Under the pieces are notes generated by a model that was given only the letters and a program-made list of their open reading frames with translations, did not search any database and was not told the DNA's origin. A stretch of 64,000 nucleotides of DNA from Takakia lepidozioides. Its lineage: Eukaryota > Plantae > Bryophyta. The stretch spans positions 27,652,001-27,716,000 of the forward strand of contig CM060732.1 of the NCBI GenBank assembly GCA_030704615.1. The letters run 5' to 3'. Below are positions 1-13,680 of this stretch, piece after piece. Position 1 is the stretch's first letter. Each line of letters starts with the position of its first letter. The position numbers and the translations under genes are program-made.

Positions 1-19
1 AATTCAATATGCATCTCAA

Positions 20-930
20 GGCCGAGTCTGATGAGAGGGCAAAACAGGCTGAAATAGGTCGAAGAAGAACCCATAGAGGATTTGACCGACCATCAACCCA
101 AAAGGACCTCTTGTGTGTGCTGCTTGTGTCTTGTAGTCAGGTAATGTCGGATTGGTCTGTGAGAACCAGCACGGTGCAGATGAGCAGGCAGAGATTGAAA
201 CACGGCCTGCTAAGACCAAGCTGACTCTCCCAAGAACCTTGAAACATCAGGAAGAATACCAAATCATGGTACTAACAGGAGCCAACAGCCCACATTTGCA
301 GGATGGACAAACTTCTTCACATCGTACATTAAGGAAAAGCCACACCTTGCCATTGCGGTTGTCGCACCATCGTGAAGGATCTTTAAAAATCTCATGCCAA
401 CTCTGCTCCGTGCTGCAAATGAAGGGCCGAGTCTGATGAGAGGGCAAAACAGGCTGAAATAGGTCGAAGAAGAAGGTGCCCTCACCACATTGTCCTCGAC
501 CTTGTGTCATGGCCCATGGAGGATTTGACTGACCATGAACCCAAGAGGACCTCTTCAGTGTGCTGCTTGTTTCTGTAGTCAGGTAATGTCGGATTGGTCA
601 GTGAGAACCACCACGGTGCAGCTGAGTGGGCAGAGATTGAAACACGGCCTGCTAAGACCAAGCTAACTCTCCCAAGAACCTTGTAAACATCAGGAAGAAT
701 ACCAAATCATGGTACTAACAGGAGCCAACAACCCACATTTGCAGGATGGACAAACTTCTTCACATCGTACATTAAGAAAAAGCCACACCTTGCGATTGCG
801 GTTGTCCCACCATCGTGAAGGATCTTTTAGAAACTCATGCCAGCTCTGCTCCGTGCTGTAAAATCAGGGCCGAGCGGGTAGAGATTGAAACACGGCCTGC
901 TAAGACGAAGCTGACTCTCCCAAGAACGGC
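20..930 (-). pseudogene. Tandemly duplicated (~440 bp period) fragment of a plant organellar PDF-motif (OSB/PPR-associated) gene
   Basis: Near-identical blocks restart at ~248 and ~691. The minus frame reads EQSWHEIFKDPSRWCDNRNGK, resembling the WxxxxxxPxxWWDNRxxK PDF motif. Another copy lies at 60421-60835. Confidence 0.5.
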
Positions 931-1479
931 GGGCTCCCAGCCGAAACCTCCTCACACACATACCGTAGCGTTTCTAGGGTTGCTTGCTCCAAATGCGAAG
1001 GTTGATCCAACTGCGGGCCTCCCATGCATGTTTGCCCTCTCTCCCGCTCGCTCGCTCTAAGTCCCAACCCTCTCTCTCTCTCCCTCCCGCTCGCTCTAAG
1101 TCTGTTCACGCTACCGTGATGGGCAACTTTTTAAGTTTTTTAACCTTTTTGTAAACCCTAAAAGCCCCTCTTTGATTTTTTTTCTTTTTTTCTTTTCTTA
1201 AAGGAAACCACAGGTCCTTGAGGAGGGGGGAAAATTCACCCGCCTTCATTTATGGGCCATAAGACGTACAGGACGATCAACGCCCAGACATACTGTCACG
1301 AACAATCCCACACACGGGATAAGGCAGCGGGTTTGAACCCCAAACCACCAAGGCGACACACTGTGCACTTACCAGCCGATGTGTTTTTTTTTTTTAAAAA
1401 TTGCATTTTGTTTTTAAAAAAATTTGATTCTAGTGGTCAGAGTCTCCGTTTTTTCAAAATATAAATACTCATATATTAT

Positions 1480-1842
1480 ATATATAACCAGAAAAGCATG
1501 TGTTGACATGTGCAGTCATGTAGTGATTCATCCATGTGATGATCTGGCAGAATGCATTAGAGTGAGAGTCATGAAGTCATATGTCTTTCTAGCAATATAC
1601 ACACGTCATTCTAGTGTAGCCATGACCGTGACTGGTAGTCATATCTGCCATGCCAATATTCGTGGTCAAACATGTTTGACCTGTGTTCCGCAGAGTCCGG
1701 AGCCATGCAGTCGCATATACGCCTTCCCCAGACCTGCATTATGACTTCAAAAGCATTTTACGACTGCAAATGGCATTTCTGCCACAAATCTGTCATGACT
1801 GCGCACCCATGCGAGTCGTAAAAGCCGCAATCTGTTGTAGTG
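1480..1842. mobile_element. CACTA (En/Spm) element right end with subterminal repeats
   Basis: Ends in CTGTTGTAGTG (reverse complement CACTACAACAG), preceded by many GTCAT/ATGAC motifs. Homologous to 61100-61418. It truncates the adjacent integrase fragment. Confidence 0.65.
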
Positions 1843-2225
1843 TGTTCTTCTTTTTGTCAGGCTTGAGCATGATCACCAATGCGCATTCCTTCAGCTCAGT
1901 GAGTGCTTTCCCTCTTGATTTCCTGGTTGCATAAGCTTTCTGCTGTGCCCTTTGTGCTACATCAACATTCTCTCTCAATGTGCCCTCTAGCTCCTGTATG
2001 AATGCCATCTTCTCCTCAATCATTCTGTGCATTGCTTCCTGATCGTCAGTGAGCTCCACTAGTTCGGAAATTTGCCGAAATTTGTTGTCTGCTCCCAACC
2101 TCATTGCCCGTCCTGTCATCACCATGTATGGTGAAAAATTGGTTGAGGCCTGTATGTCCACTTTGTACCCAAACGCCGCCTTGTAAAGGGCTCTGTCCCA
2201 CTCTTTGTTTCCCTGTGTACTCAGT
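1843..2225 (-). pseudogene. Ty3/gypsy integrase C-terminal fragment
   Basis: EWDRALYKAAFGYKVDIQASTNFSPYMVMTGR...AQRAQQKAY is typical of the post-core integrase region. Confidence 0.7.
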
Positions 2226-2259
2226 GTGTCTTGAGTGATCGAATTAATTTCTCCACCAT

Positions 2260-5200
2260 CCCGTTGCCTGGTGAATGAAGTTGTCATGTTTGGGATCGCA
2301 AACCATCCTCTTCAAAAATATGAAATACAAATGTTTACAGGTATGAATTTACCTCTCTTGCCCAAACTGGTTGATAGCTTATTCACAAAATTAGGACATG
2401 TGCAATTGGGGAAATTGAAACCGTGATGTCGTAGGTCCTGTCATGAACAGCAGATGTGGAATTGATGATTGTGAACACCCGACCATATCCTGGATCGTGC
2501 ACTTCCATGGTGCTTCCAACACGAGCTTGGAGCATCCTTGCGGACTCCACTTTGCCAAAGTGTTCAGCGGTTGGAGGGAAACGCCGAACGAGCTTTCCAT
2601 CTCGTTTGGTTGGCCACAAGTCAGGATTTGTCGGGGGGACCCAAGAGGACGCAGAAGTAGTAGCACATGCATGGAGTTGGGGTTGTCTCGCAAGGGAAAA
2701 GCCTGCCTCCTCCAGCATTTCAATCTCCTGAAATGTGAGAGGTGTTCCCACCTTCACGGGCCAAACGGTTGGAGGAGATGGCTTCATCACTACGAAAGGA
2801 TGCACAGTTCCATGCACACATCTGGCACAATCATTTGCGTAGAACCAGAACTTGAGGTTCTTGGCTTCTGGTTGACCGTATGGACACATCAAACCCGTGA
2901 AAGTCGGAGTAGGAGTTCGGGCACCACCTTTGGATATAGATGAAGTGCACTTCTCGAAATTAGTTGCCCTGATCGCTGTACATTTCACACGAGACCCTGC
3001 ACTTGTGCGTTCTATGTGCCAAACGTGGTCGGGGCATGCGGACTCAAGCACATCAAAGGGGTTGTTTCTCTCCTGCACCATTTCATAGGGAGTGTTTGAT
3101 GCTGGAGCTTGCCGTCGTGTTGGAGGTTCCTCCAGAATGGAAGTTCCGGACATGGAGCTGTCATGCAGGGGAACACGAGGCTTTGACGGACTGCCCTGTG
3201 CAAATCGGAATCCGAACCGGGTGGAGTGTTCAATTTCCTCTTACAGGAGCCAAATATCTCCTCCCCTTCAAGATGTGGAACTCTAGAAACAAGTGGCGTT
3301 CCCTGGGCATACATGCTCACCGCCCGTGCTATCTTGATTGGATCCCTAGATCTGTTTGCAGCACGCAACATCAACTCCAATTTGTCCGGACCCTTGCCAC
3401 CAACCCCATCTCACAAGAAATCACGGTATCGGGTTTGTTGTTGTAAGGCACGTATCAAATCATCTGTTGTTGCCACATACAAATCCCGACCTCGTTTCCC
3501 AGACTGCTGCAACCATGCGTTGTGCACAGTTTCTACCAAATTGCAAGATGGCATGTCCGCCATTTCCTCAATGGACATGTTCTGCAAAGTGGAGAACCAC
3601 GCTTCAAAACAGTGAACAGGAAACAACATAAAGAAAGCAAGGAGACAATAAACTGGAAAGTAAATGTATGAATAAAGCAAGAAATATAAGCCTCGTACCA
3701 CTGCCATGGCTGCCCCCCACTGTCTGTACCGGAAGTGCCAAAATGCCAGCCAATCTTCCAATGCTCTCATACTCTCAAGTGATGTAGCTCCAGAAGAGAA
3801 CCACCAGGCACGAATTGTCTGGAACAAAGTGTCCGCCTCCTTCATTGTTCTAGCATCTTTGTACTATTTGCACAATTTACGGTGCTGAGTCTGCATCTCT
3901 GGTTTGATGTCCGACTTTGTATGTTTATCTAGAGATTGTGTCTAATGGAATAGACATGTACGCTCTCTTCCTCACATTGGCACTTTTGGGTCGCCCGATC
4001 CAAAGACAATTCGAACAGCATTGAAATTTGCTTGAGCACTATCCGCCATGAAACCTGCGAAATTTGGAGATGGCACGCCATGACAGCCCATAACACGTAT
4101 CAGGGAATTCCACATGAGCTTCTGGGATTCCATATCCTCGGATTGCATGTCACAAATTGCAATTGTCATAACTCGTTGGTACACTGGATCGTAGACATGA
4201 CAAGCCATTGTCGTCCAATCCTTCACTCGTTTCACATGATCAAACATAAGAAAACAGTTATGCAAGTCCCCAGTCTTCTGCATCCGCTTCGCGAGGCTAA
4301 TCCCACTGCCCTCCCCAACAGTCGACATTTTGAAAAGAAAAACTTTGATGGCACCTTGACCTGGGAATACATTGTCCTGGATGTAGTCGTACTTGCTCAG
4401 TCGTTTCAACTCCAAAATGTTGTCTATGTAGCCTCTGATACCAGAGCCCATTCTTAATGCATTGATCTGATGCTGAATGTTAGGTGAACTCAAAGTGGAA
4501 AAATGATCCATGACCAGGTCCAATGCCGCACCGTCAAGTTTAGTCCCCACAGAATCCCCTTCATTCAAAATATGGCTTTCCAAGAAGGACTTGCTTGCGC
4601 CAAGAGCAATTGCAGATGTTGTTAAGATGGGTTTCTCCCGTACTCCTGTTCAATCAACCTCGATACTGTCTCAACACTTTTCCTGTAACCCCCCTTCGAG
4701 ACAGGACGGTTATGGAATCCGAAATGCACACAAGCTCTTGTCATTGTTTTCAAACGGTGGACAACATAGTACATTCTTGCTCCGCACAACGCGAAGCAGA
4801 TGACACATGTTTGCAGAATTTACAAACGAAAGTGTTTGCCGGTGGTGGGGCAGTCCCAGTCTGAAATGGATTTTCCGCCAGACCCTCCCACTCGCTTTGA
4901 TTATGAACCCCAGACTGAAGAAAGTGTCTGCAAATCAAATTATCACACCTAAGGTGTCCATTGCAAACTGTTCTCCTGAAAACAAGCTTGTCATCATTTT
5001 GAATATTAGATGTTTTTGTTCTCCACCATGGGTGCCCGTCGTGTTTCTTGTCCATTCCATGCATCATGATTGTTACACCTCCAACTCGGGGAGGAGGAGG
5101 CAGCTCGAATAGGATATCGCCATCAAAAGTCTCTGGCAAGAACTTCACAGGCACCTGCTTCAAAGATTCCCAATCAATTCCACGCAACTCACTTTTGAAA

Positions 5201-5709
5201 CCTGCCATTCCTCCCATCGCCCGTAGTTTTGGAATGACACTACAAATCTCTTCTTCATCCGCTTCTCCAACTACAGTAGGAAGGACTGGATTTGGAATTT
5301 CACTTATGTCATCATCGGACAAATCCAAAAGCTCAACAATTGGAGTGGAGGACGTCTGTTCTTTTTTCACCACCACCTCCCTATTGTCTTCAACGACCGA
5401 AGCAGCAGTCTCGGGCGTCACTTATGATCCAAGGGACTTTTGCCGAGGCTCTCCAAGTACTCTGTATCGACCAAGGCGCACTCTCCACTGGCTGACATGA
5501 GCCGTCTCATCATGGTTTTGGAAAGAGTATTTCAACAATTTCCCTTTCAAATCATACACCTCTTTCTCCAAAAAGATGGAGCCATTCTGAAGCTGAAAAC
5601 GGGTAGCCAAGACATGTTCCCTGACAATTGCAAATCCATTGTCAAGGACTTCCTGGGAGAACGACACTGGTTTGTCGTCAGAGAAGAACTCCGCTTCAGA
5701 GGAAGCCAT
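2260..5709 (-). pseudogene. Mutator-like (MULE) transposase 1: GCM/WRKY-like Zn finger + DDE core + C-terminal SWIM; disrupted
   Basis: ORF pieces 5422-5709, 4750-5421, 3972-4583, 3411-3845, 3012-3380, 2383-3153. Motifs: HDGHPW..CNGHLRCDNLIC..CKFC; MFDHVKRV (D1); FMADSAQAN (D2); ERTCLFH (CxxH); NLVETVHN (E); SWIM CTCP (~2393-2404)..CKHLYFIF (~2338). Stops, frameshifts and an intron at ~3583-3699. Confidence 0.75.
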
Positions 5710-6607
5710 CTTCCCTCCTCGCGTACGTAGATGCCTTGCTATCGCAGACCTTCAGTGTAAATCTGTTGACTGAGGTCTCCAGAACACTGTTGAAGAATGA
5801 GCAGAGAATATCGTGGAGGAAGCTTAGACGACAATTGTGCATATTCTGTTATTCCTTTCAGACATGCAGCCGTCCATTTTAATTACTTTTTTTGTGGGCC
5901 CTATGGTCAGAGTATCCTTAGGAGCAATGTCGACAGCTGTTAAACCTTTAATCAGAACCTCATCAATAAACACAATAACAAGCCGCTTCCTAGAAGTAGG
6001 ATCTCACAGGATCTGAGGGTGGGATAGAAAATTAAGTAAATGCATCTTAATACTACTACCAATGATCATGCGCACCTGGAAAGTTCAAACTGTGAAACGA
6101 ACGTGGGGTTGGCAACGCTACGTGGGGTATAAGTCTTGAGATATAGTGTGTTGAGCATATACGTACGGTGTTATCCTTGTATCGACATATATATCTGTAT
6201 CATACAACGCAACGTGGGGTTGGCAACGATAACAAGATGTCTGAGATTCCCTGTTATTTTCATTTATTGAAACCGTTCTAATAAACAACGCGCCGTTTAT
6301 TTTGGGCGACACACGTCAGACATCGATAACTATATTGAATACGGACAGCTGTACACTAATTGCAGGCAGGTGCACTAATAAGGGAATGACTATGTGTAAC
6401 GGTCACGCGAGAGGGAATCCGATGCTTCTAGAGACAAGCCACAACCACGCAATCCCGCAAGAAATCAAGAGTCACTTTGTCTTTCTAGTTTTCGCACTTA
6501 GAGGGAGAGTGGTAGTCAAGCTGGAGAGGGTTCCTTCTACAATACGAAAGAGAAGGAAGTCTCTTTATTTTACTTCCCTTAGAGAGAGACGCAGAGCAAG
6601 AGAGCAA

Positions 6608-9030
6608 ATGACGAGGCGTCGTTTGTTGGAGAACACAGGGCCAAGACAGCAGGTGAACGCGGAGACTGAATCACAAGAGCAGACCAAGAATGAGGTTGCG
6701 GTTGTGACACAATCGGCGATAACAGTGAGCGTTGGAAACCAGCCTGTGGATTCCGAGATGATTCGCAGGGAAACTGAAGGAGGTGGAAGTCCGGGGAACG
6801 CTGAACCGGGAGAAGGTCCCCAAACCCTAGAGCAGACAGAAAATCCAGCAGATGTGAAAGGGAAAAGGAAAGCTGCAGAAGGGGATCCAATTTCAAAACC
6901 CAAGAAGGCGCCCGTAAGTGTTATCTACCTTCCATTTCATGGTTGAAGATCTGCTAAGAGATTGATGCAATGTCCTAGAAAGGGATTGTTGTTACTGCCC
7001 ATCACCATGAAACAATGGTGATTTGCTTTTACTCCTCTGTTAAGGGTTTTCCACCCCATGAGTGGATGACTGACGGTATTGTCATTCACTGTTGTTCAGA
7101 TCATACAGTCTGTCTGATTGTTTTTTCAAGCAGACCTTCCTCTTCCCTTCTTGAGCAGGAACCTCTGATTGAAGTCTAGTGAAGTGCGAGCGTCGTTAAC
7201 GCCATTCATTCTCCTCATGAGATTTATGTAACTATGTGCTTGAAGAGAGAGTGAGGGTCGGCATATTCAATCATATTGTTTTGCAATGCATTTTCTTTGT
7301 TTGAGGTTGAACAGATAGAGAAGTGGAAAGGCGGTACGCCAATCAAAGATTTGGAGACCATACTGTAGGTTCAGGTAGAGTATAGATTGGAAAGTACTCT
7401 CGACATAGACAAGAACCAGTGATTGCTTGCGACGTTGATCACAATGGAGTCTATGTGAATTAGCTGCACTTACTGTCTGTCCTAAACTATACTGAGTGTT
7501 GTTGCCGCCAATCACTTAGACATATATGTCATTGCACCATACCAATCCGGCAGGTCCCGCTGTTTTGTGATTGTCGTTAACGCCGTTCGCTAATGCCCAA
7601 AACCTTTATGTTCCTGTTTCCCTACAATCATAGTGTTTTGTTTTGCATTCGTTTGCATCAGCTTTGCTTGTGTAGATGGTTCTGAATTTGTTTGACACCA
7701 TTCATTGTGAGTTGAGACGAGACAGAGTGATGGTCATTACCGCCGTTCACTATTTGCACATTACTCATAGTCAGATTTGAATGGCATCGTGCAAAAAACT
7801 GTGAAGTCCAAGCAGACAGGAACAGAGGGAAAAGGATCTGGAGATGGAGGCAATGGTTTTGGATCCTGGAACGACATCGCTAGGCTTTTTACAGCTATGC
7901 ACGACGTGAACAAGTAAGTCATCCTAGAGACTCCAATCCCTCTGCAGTGTCTAGTTAATCCCACAAAAAAAACATTGTTAACGAATGCATTGTTTCCAAT
8001 GTTTTTGCAGATCGACAGAGAAATCGCATGTGACAACAAGCTTGGTCCACACACTGTTCCGAATTCAGAGGATTGGTCTGATGAAGCTGGATGATTTTCG
8101 CACAGTACTCCACCCCAATAATCAAGAAGTGTGAAACAGAAGAGCTGTAGGCACTTGGTATTCTTTGACTCGAGAGGCGTTTCTGGAGTACATGTATGCG
8201 GTAAGCCCAAGCCTGTACTCAGTTGACTTTCTGAATACATGTTTGTATTTCGTTCGGTACTAATCCCTATTTTAATCAATGCAGCAAGAACTGGCAAAGG
8301 CAGCTAAGAAGGGAAAATCCGAATATTACCGCACTACACCAGAGGAACTTAGGACATCAAAGGGTGTGGAAGCAGCAATAAAGAAGGAGTTTGAAATGCG
8401 CAGAACCAAACTGATGTCCGCCTTCGGAAAGCAGCTTAGAATAATAGATCTTGGACTTGGTGCTGAGTTCCTTCAGCAGATCAAATTTCACTATGACAAG
8501 CATGTGCATCTGGAGATGCAGCAGGAGAAATTGCACCGGCTGGCCATATCCATGGTCGACTCCCAAACGAAAATAAGATGGCTGGAGATTTGGAACTCAG
8601 ATCAGACAGTGAAGGACTTGAATCAGTTCCCAAAGAGCACCATACAGCCTGGCACAAAGGTGGAAGGAATCAGTGATTTAGTGTTTGATAACTGGCTACA
8701 CAAGGCTACATTTTGGAGTCAGGTGTGTATTCAAATAAGTAGTTTTTTTGCTTCAATTATGTGATGAGTATCTTATTTGCAATACTGATAAATATACAAT
8801 TTGCAGCTCGAAAAGCGCACAATCCTTGTGCTGGAGCAGACTTTGAAGGACTTGAACATTTTGATTGTATCCCCTCCCCAAATGTCATTGGAGGCATACA
8901 TAAGGAAGTGGAGAGGTCTCACCTGGAGATACTGTTTTTTTCGGGAGTTCTCCAAGGAGGGTAACATTTTACGGTCCAACGACTTTGACAGTCAGGTTGG
9001 GGGAGAGTGGGCCATGATGCAAGTTGTGTA
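6608..9030 (+). pseudogene. Divergent paralog (family 2) of the ParB-MTase gene, multi-exon, middle region
   Basis: Exon translations align by eye to copy C. LFTAMHDVN/STEKSHVTTSLVHTLFRI matches LKAAMADIN/VTENAFIATNLSHMLFRV. IIDLGLGAEFL..EKLHRLAISMVD..RWLEIWN..ISDLVFDNW matches IADPALGADFL..EKLHRLATSCVD..WLQIWN..LSDPTFDMW. Oriented divergently from transposase 1. Assignment of the 6608-6913 exon is less certain. Confidence 0.65.
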
Positions 9031-9113
9031 TAGGTGCAAAATCATTCTGGAAACTCTACTGCACTTTTTGAGAAATCATTAGGCTTGATTAGGAGTGTAA
9101 TCATAGATCCAAA

Positions 9114-10376
9114 GTGAATGTTGTTGACGACATTCACTTCTATGTCAGTGTCATTCTAAAGCGAGAATTTGAATTCACCTGGATGAGGAGCTTAGGGTGT
9201 ATTTATAATGTCCCTGATGGGAATTTTGTGAATGGCGTTGACGACATTCACATCCAGAGCAAAAGCTTAGAGAATAGCGATGAAGCAGATGAATCTGAAG
9301 TGCACTACCTTGACAAGGTGAAAGAACTCATGTCATTCCAGAAGGTAAACTCTCAGGAGGTTATAAGGGACATGCTCGTCTCTGGAGGGCGTCTGGACAT
9401 CCCACTATGCCGGATGATATCTATGCCTGTTGTGCGTCCACCTCTTTCCCATGACATAACAAAATTGGAGAGTGATTCCGTGCATGGATACAGACTTGGT
9501 GCACAAGTTTTTTTATGTGTCACTGACGGATACAAATGGGAAAAGCACATTAGTGTCTCCTGAGATCAGAGATACCTGGGATGAGTGCTGGAAGGATGCT
9601 AATGAGGAGTTCGAGCTGGGCCTCATGATGGAAAAAAACACCCAACAATTCTGCAACCACATGTTCTACGTCTGGGATGGCAACCACCGATTGTTGGCAT
9701 GGATGGGATACATTCAGAAACATCATGCGAAAGACAAAGACAAGCATGTTGTTAAGAGGTCCTCAGAGTTATGTACGTTTTTAATGTCCACTGAGTTTTT
9801 AGTGAGGGTTCCTCACTCCAGTTTGCTAAATGTCAATGCCGACATTCAGTTTCTCTGCAATGTTTTTGCCTCTTGTGAGAAATCTTCAAGCTTGATTAGC
9901 AGTTTAATCAGAGATCCAAAGTGAATGTCGTTGACGACATTCACTTCTATGTCTGTGTCATTCACCAGCGAGAGTTTGAATTAACCTGGATTAGGAGCTT
10001 AGGCTGTATTTATAGGGTCCTTGATCGGAATTTTGTGAATGGCGTTGACGACATTCACATCCAGAGTTATTATGAGTTCCTCAAAGGTATGTACGTTTTT
10101 AATGTCCATTGAGTTCTTAGTGAGGGTTCCTCACTCGAGTTTTCTGAATATTGTTGCCGACATTCAGTTTGCATGCAATGATTTTGCCTCTTTTGAGAAA
10201 TCATTTTGCTTGATTAGCAGTGTATTCAGAGATCCAAAGTGAATATCGTTGACGACATTCACTTCTATGTCTGTGTCATTCCAAATCGAGAGTTTGCATT
10301 CACCTGGATTAGGAACTTAGGGTGTATTTGCAGTATCCTTGAATGAAATTTTGTGAATGGCGTTGACGATATTCAC
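9114..10376. repeat. Array of the 24-bp palindrome GTGAATGTCG-TTGA-CGACATTCAC in a 318-bp higher-order repeat
   Basis: Copies at 9114, 9228, 9826, 9921, 10035, 10143, 10239, 10353, spaced 95-114 bp within clusters. Degenerate copies at 7062, 7186, 7567, 7727. Confidence 0.85.
9260..9750 (+). pseudogene. ParB/Srx-like domain exon of the family 2 gene (out of order, frameshifted)
   Basis: GGRLDIPLCRMISMPVVRPPL...MFYVWDGNHRLLAWMGYI contains a GxxRxxA motif and is homologous to 54320-54755 and 44925-45190. Confidence 0.7.
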
Positions 10377-10532
10377 ATGCAGAGTTGTCGCGTGGTCCCG
10401 GGAGCTCCTTAGAGCAGTTCTCAACGCCATTTCATTCATTGATTTTTTCATTATGTGCTACTTGCATCTTACTCACTTCGCGCTTTGGTGGGTTGGGTTC
10501 TATCTCCTGTTTCACAGATACACGAAATATGT

Positions 10533-13500
10533 GCTTATGGATGGAAATCACCTTGAACCCTCAAAATAACACGTCCTGCAGTCACATCCAAGGTCGTATG
10601 AGCAGTCTGCTGCAGATAAACATAGTCACCAGGGTTAAATCTCCGAACCCCAGGACGATAGCCCCCACCACGTATGGTAGCATACCTCAACGTATCACGA
10701 TGTTGTGCAATGGTAAGGTTCTCGAAAACCATGGGCATGACTTTCTTGAACAACTATGCACGCTGATCACATGCAAGTGCCTACACGTCCGGATCGTCAA
10801 GGTTAAGAACTGTAGCAGCTTCTCTACGAATGGATGTAGGCAAATCCAGCTCTCGGCCAAAGAGAAGAAAGTATGGTGAGAAGGAGGCAAGTGATGCTTA
10901 CTTGCTGAACCTATAGCCCATGGCTAACCAGGGTAACTGAAGGTCCCAATCTCCTAGGTGTCCCTTCTGCAAGCCATACTTGCGCAAACCCCTCTTTACT
11001 GTCTGAACAACTCTCTCTCCCAAGCCATCGGCCTCAGGATGATCCTGAGAAGTGGTGCGGTGGTCTATCAAGGCCTTGCCACACAAAGCCTGAAACTCCC
11101 CCAAGAACTCTCTCCCTTGGTCCGTGAGTACCTCAGCTGGAGCACCAAATCAGCTAAGTTCACAATCCAAGAATGCATACGCAGCTCCCTCACTAGCCTT
11201 ATCAGGCAATATAACCAACTCGATCCACTTGGAGAAGTGCTCCACCATCACCAACACATACTTGTTGTGGCGCATGGTCAGTGGCAATGGCCTTGCAAAG
11301 TCAAGACTCCACCTGTAGCCCAATCCCATGATCGGAAGAGGGTGCAATTGTGGAGTAGGGGCGTTGAAAGAAGCACACACCCTGTCACACACCATGCACC
11401 TAGCCACAAATTGTTGCACCTCTGTGTGCATACCACGCCACCAATACTGCCCCTGCAGTAGACTATGAGTGCGTCGCACCCCAAAATGCCCTAACTCCTC
11501 GTGGGCATGCCACACTAACCGTGCCCGCTGTGTGGGGTGAGGCACAATCCTCACTCGAGCATCCTCCCACACTCGGAGCAGGTGTGTCCCCTCCCACTTG
11601 AACCTCTTGGCTCGTTGTAGGATCCGATCCCTCTCCTTGGCAGTCACAGTGGCTGCCATGTCTCCAATGCGGAGATAGTCCAACACAGCTGAATCCTCAT
11701 GTATATCTTTGGCGCCACCTTGCTCATTGCTGGCCTCAGGGTACTCAGACACTTGATCTACAGTCATCCCTGTTGCAGGTCCAACCTGGCCTTCTGCTGC
11801 CAAGATACACAGAAATGCAGATGCATGCCATCCGGGCACCATCTCCTCGTCCGTCTCACCATGCCACCGAGCTCTAGTGTCATCCTGCTGGCTCGTGCAT
11901 GGATTGCGACTCAACCCATCTGCATCCCGATTGATCAAACCCGGTCGATGCACAACTTGAAAGTCATACTCTTGAAGGATGAGTGCCCACCGTGCAAGCT
12001 TCCCCATAAGCTTGTCTGACTCCATCAACCACTTGAGTGGTTGGTGATCCGTGACAAGGGTGAAGAGATTGCCGTATAGATAGCACCTGAAGTGTGCCAC
12101 GGCCCACACTGCAGCTAAGCATTCTCCCTCATATGAGCTATACTTAGACTCTGCAGTGTTGTTTGAGCGGCTAGCATAAGCCACTACGAACTCTCTTCCC
12201 TCATCATCCACCTATGTGAGCACCGCTCCAAGCCCCAGCATGCTCCAATCTGTATGCAGCTGAAAATGACGCCTCCTGATAGGTCGTCTCAAGATGGGCG
12301 CCGAGGTCAACCTCGCCTTGAGCTCTTGAAAAGCTTGTTCTTGCTCATCTTCCCACTGCCACTCCTGGTCCACCTTGGTCAGTTTGGTTAGAGCCTTTGC
12401 AGTGGCACTAAATCCCTTAACAAACCGTCTATAATAGTTTGCTAATCCCATGAAAGCTTGAACTCGGCTCACATCCGTGGGGCGTGGAATCTGTGCAATG
12501 GACTCTACCTTAGTCTGCTGTACCCCCAATCCTCCAGGATATATCATGTGACCCAGATACTCAATTTGGTTGTGGAAAAACTTGCACTTCCCCGGATGTA
12601 ACTTCAATCCGTGCGCCCTCAAGCGCTCAAATATCACCTGAAGGTTCTCTCATGCTCCTCCACCGTAGCACTAAAGATGATGATGTCATCTATGTAGCAC
12701 CGAGCAAACTCCACCCCTACTAGAATCCTGTCCATGACTCTCTGAAACTCTGTCGGAGCGTTCTTAAGCCCAAATGGTAAGAACCGCCACTGGTATAGGC
12801 AATCCTTCCCGTGCTCATTGATCCCCCAGAATGTCGTCTTCTGCTTATCCGCCTCCTTGATCGGCAACTGGTGATATCCGGATCGTAAATCCAAAGTGCT
12901 AAAGACCTTGGCATGCCCAATGGCATCAAAGATCTCCTCTGGTGTCGGCATGGCATACCTATCGGACTTGGTCTGACGATTTACAGGCCGGTAATAACCG
13001 CACATACGTCTCTCCGTCCAATTGCCATAGACATCCTTCTTAGCTGGCATCACTGTGGCTGAAGCATACTCTCCCCCAGATAACTCCACCAAACCAGCCT
13101 CCCAAAGGTCCTGAGTTCTCATCTGAATCAGGGACCTCTCCATGTCACCGTATCTATAGGGTCTCCGAAAGATTGGCGTGTCAGTAGCCAATTCAATGCA
13201 AATTTCTTGACCCTTCAGTGCTCCTAAGTCCTTCAAACTGAAGGCAAAGAAGTTCTTGTAAGCCCTTAGGAACCGCCGTATACGTCGTCTCTCTCCTCCG
13301 GTGTCTATAGGTCCAACATCAGGCTCCCAGTTGTCCTCCGTGACTGCAACCTTGAGTCCAGCAGGCTTAGAGGTAGAAGATGCGTCCCGTGGTTGCTATG
13401 CTGCAACCTCTTGAGCAGTGACCACTGCCTCCTCTGTCAGTGACAATGTCTCATCCTGCCCCATCATCCCATCCTTGAGGACCCCTCACCCCAAGAAAAA

Positions 13501-13680
13501 TCCCCAACCTCATCCATCACCGCCGCCTTGGCTGCCAACTCCTTTTGAACCTCGAGCACCTCCCACGTGTGCCATGGATGCGGCCTGTACCTCGTGGTCC
13601 TCACCTGTTCGCCCCCACTCGCTGCCTGTACCGTCTCGGTAGGCGGGGAGACCATCAAGGGAAGTATACTCCGTACAGGG
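10533..13680 (-). mobile_element. 5'-truncated Ty3/gypsy pol (RT, RNase H, integrase), same family as the DNMT3-bearing element
   Basis: [15 protein letters not shown] (12634-13236); RNase H HTDWS..TDHQPL; integrase H..GH..CxxC and DDE core (10535-12211). Closely similar to 45628-47630. It breaks off at ~13680, just before the methyltransferase domain. Confidence 0.9.

Noticed and set aside
28-55. Hammerhead-like CTGATGA...GAAA core (also at ~433 and ~60615)
   Set aside because: No convincing stem II or flanking stems; the sequence is explained as an antisense gene-fragment repeat.
9114-10376. CRISPR-like pattern of 24-bp palindromic repeats with spacers
   Set aside because: Spacers are 70-90 bp and themselves repeat with a 318-bp period, repeats are degenerate, there are no cas genes, and the context is eukaryotic.
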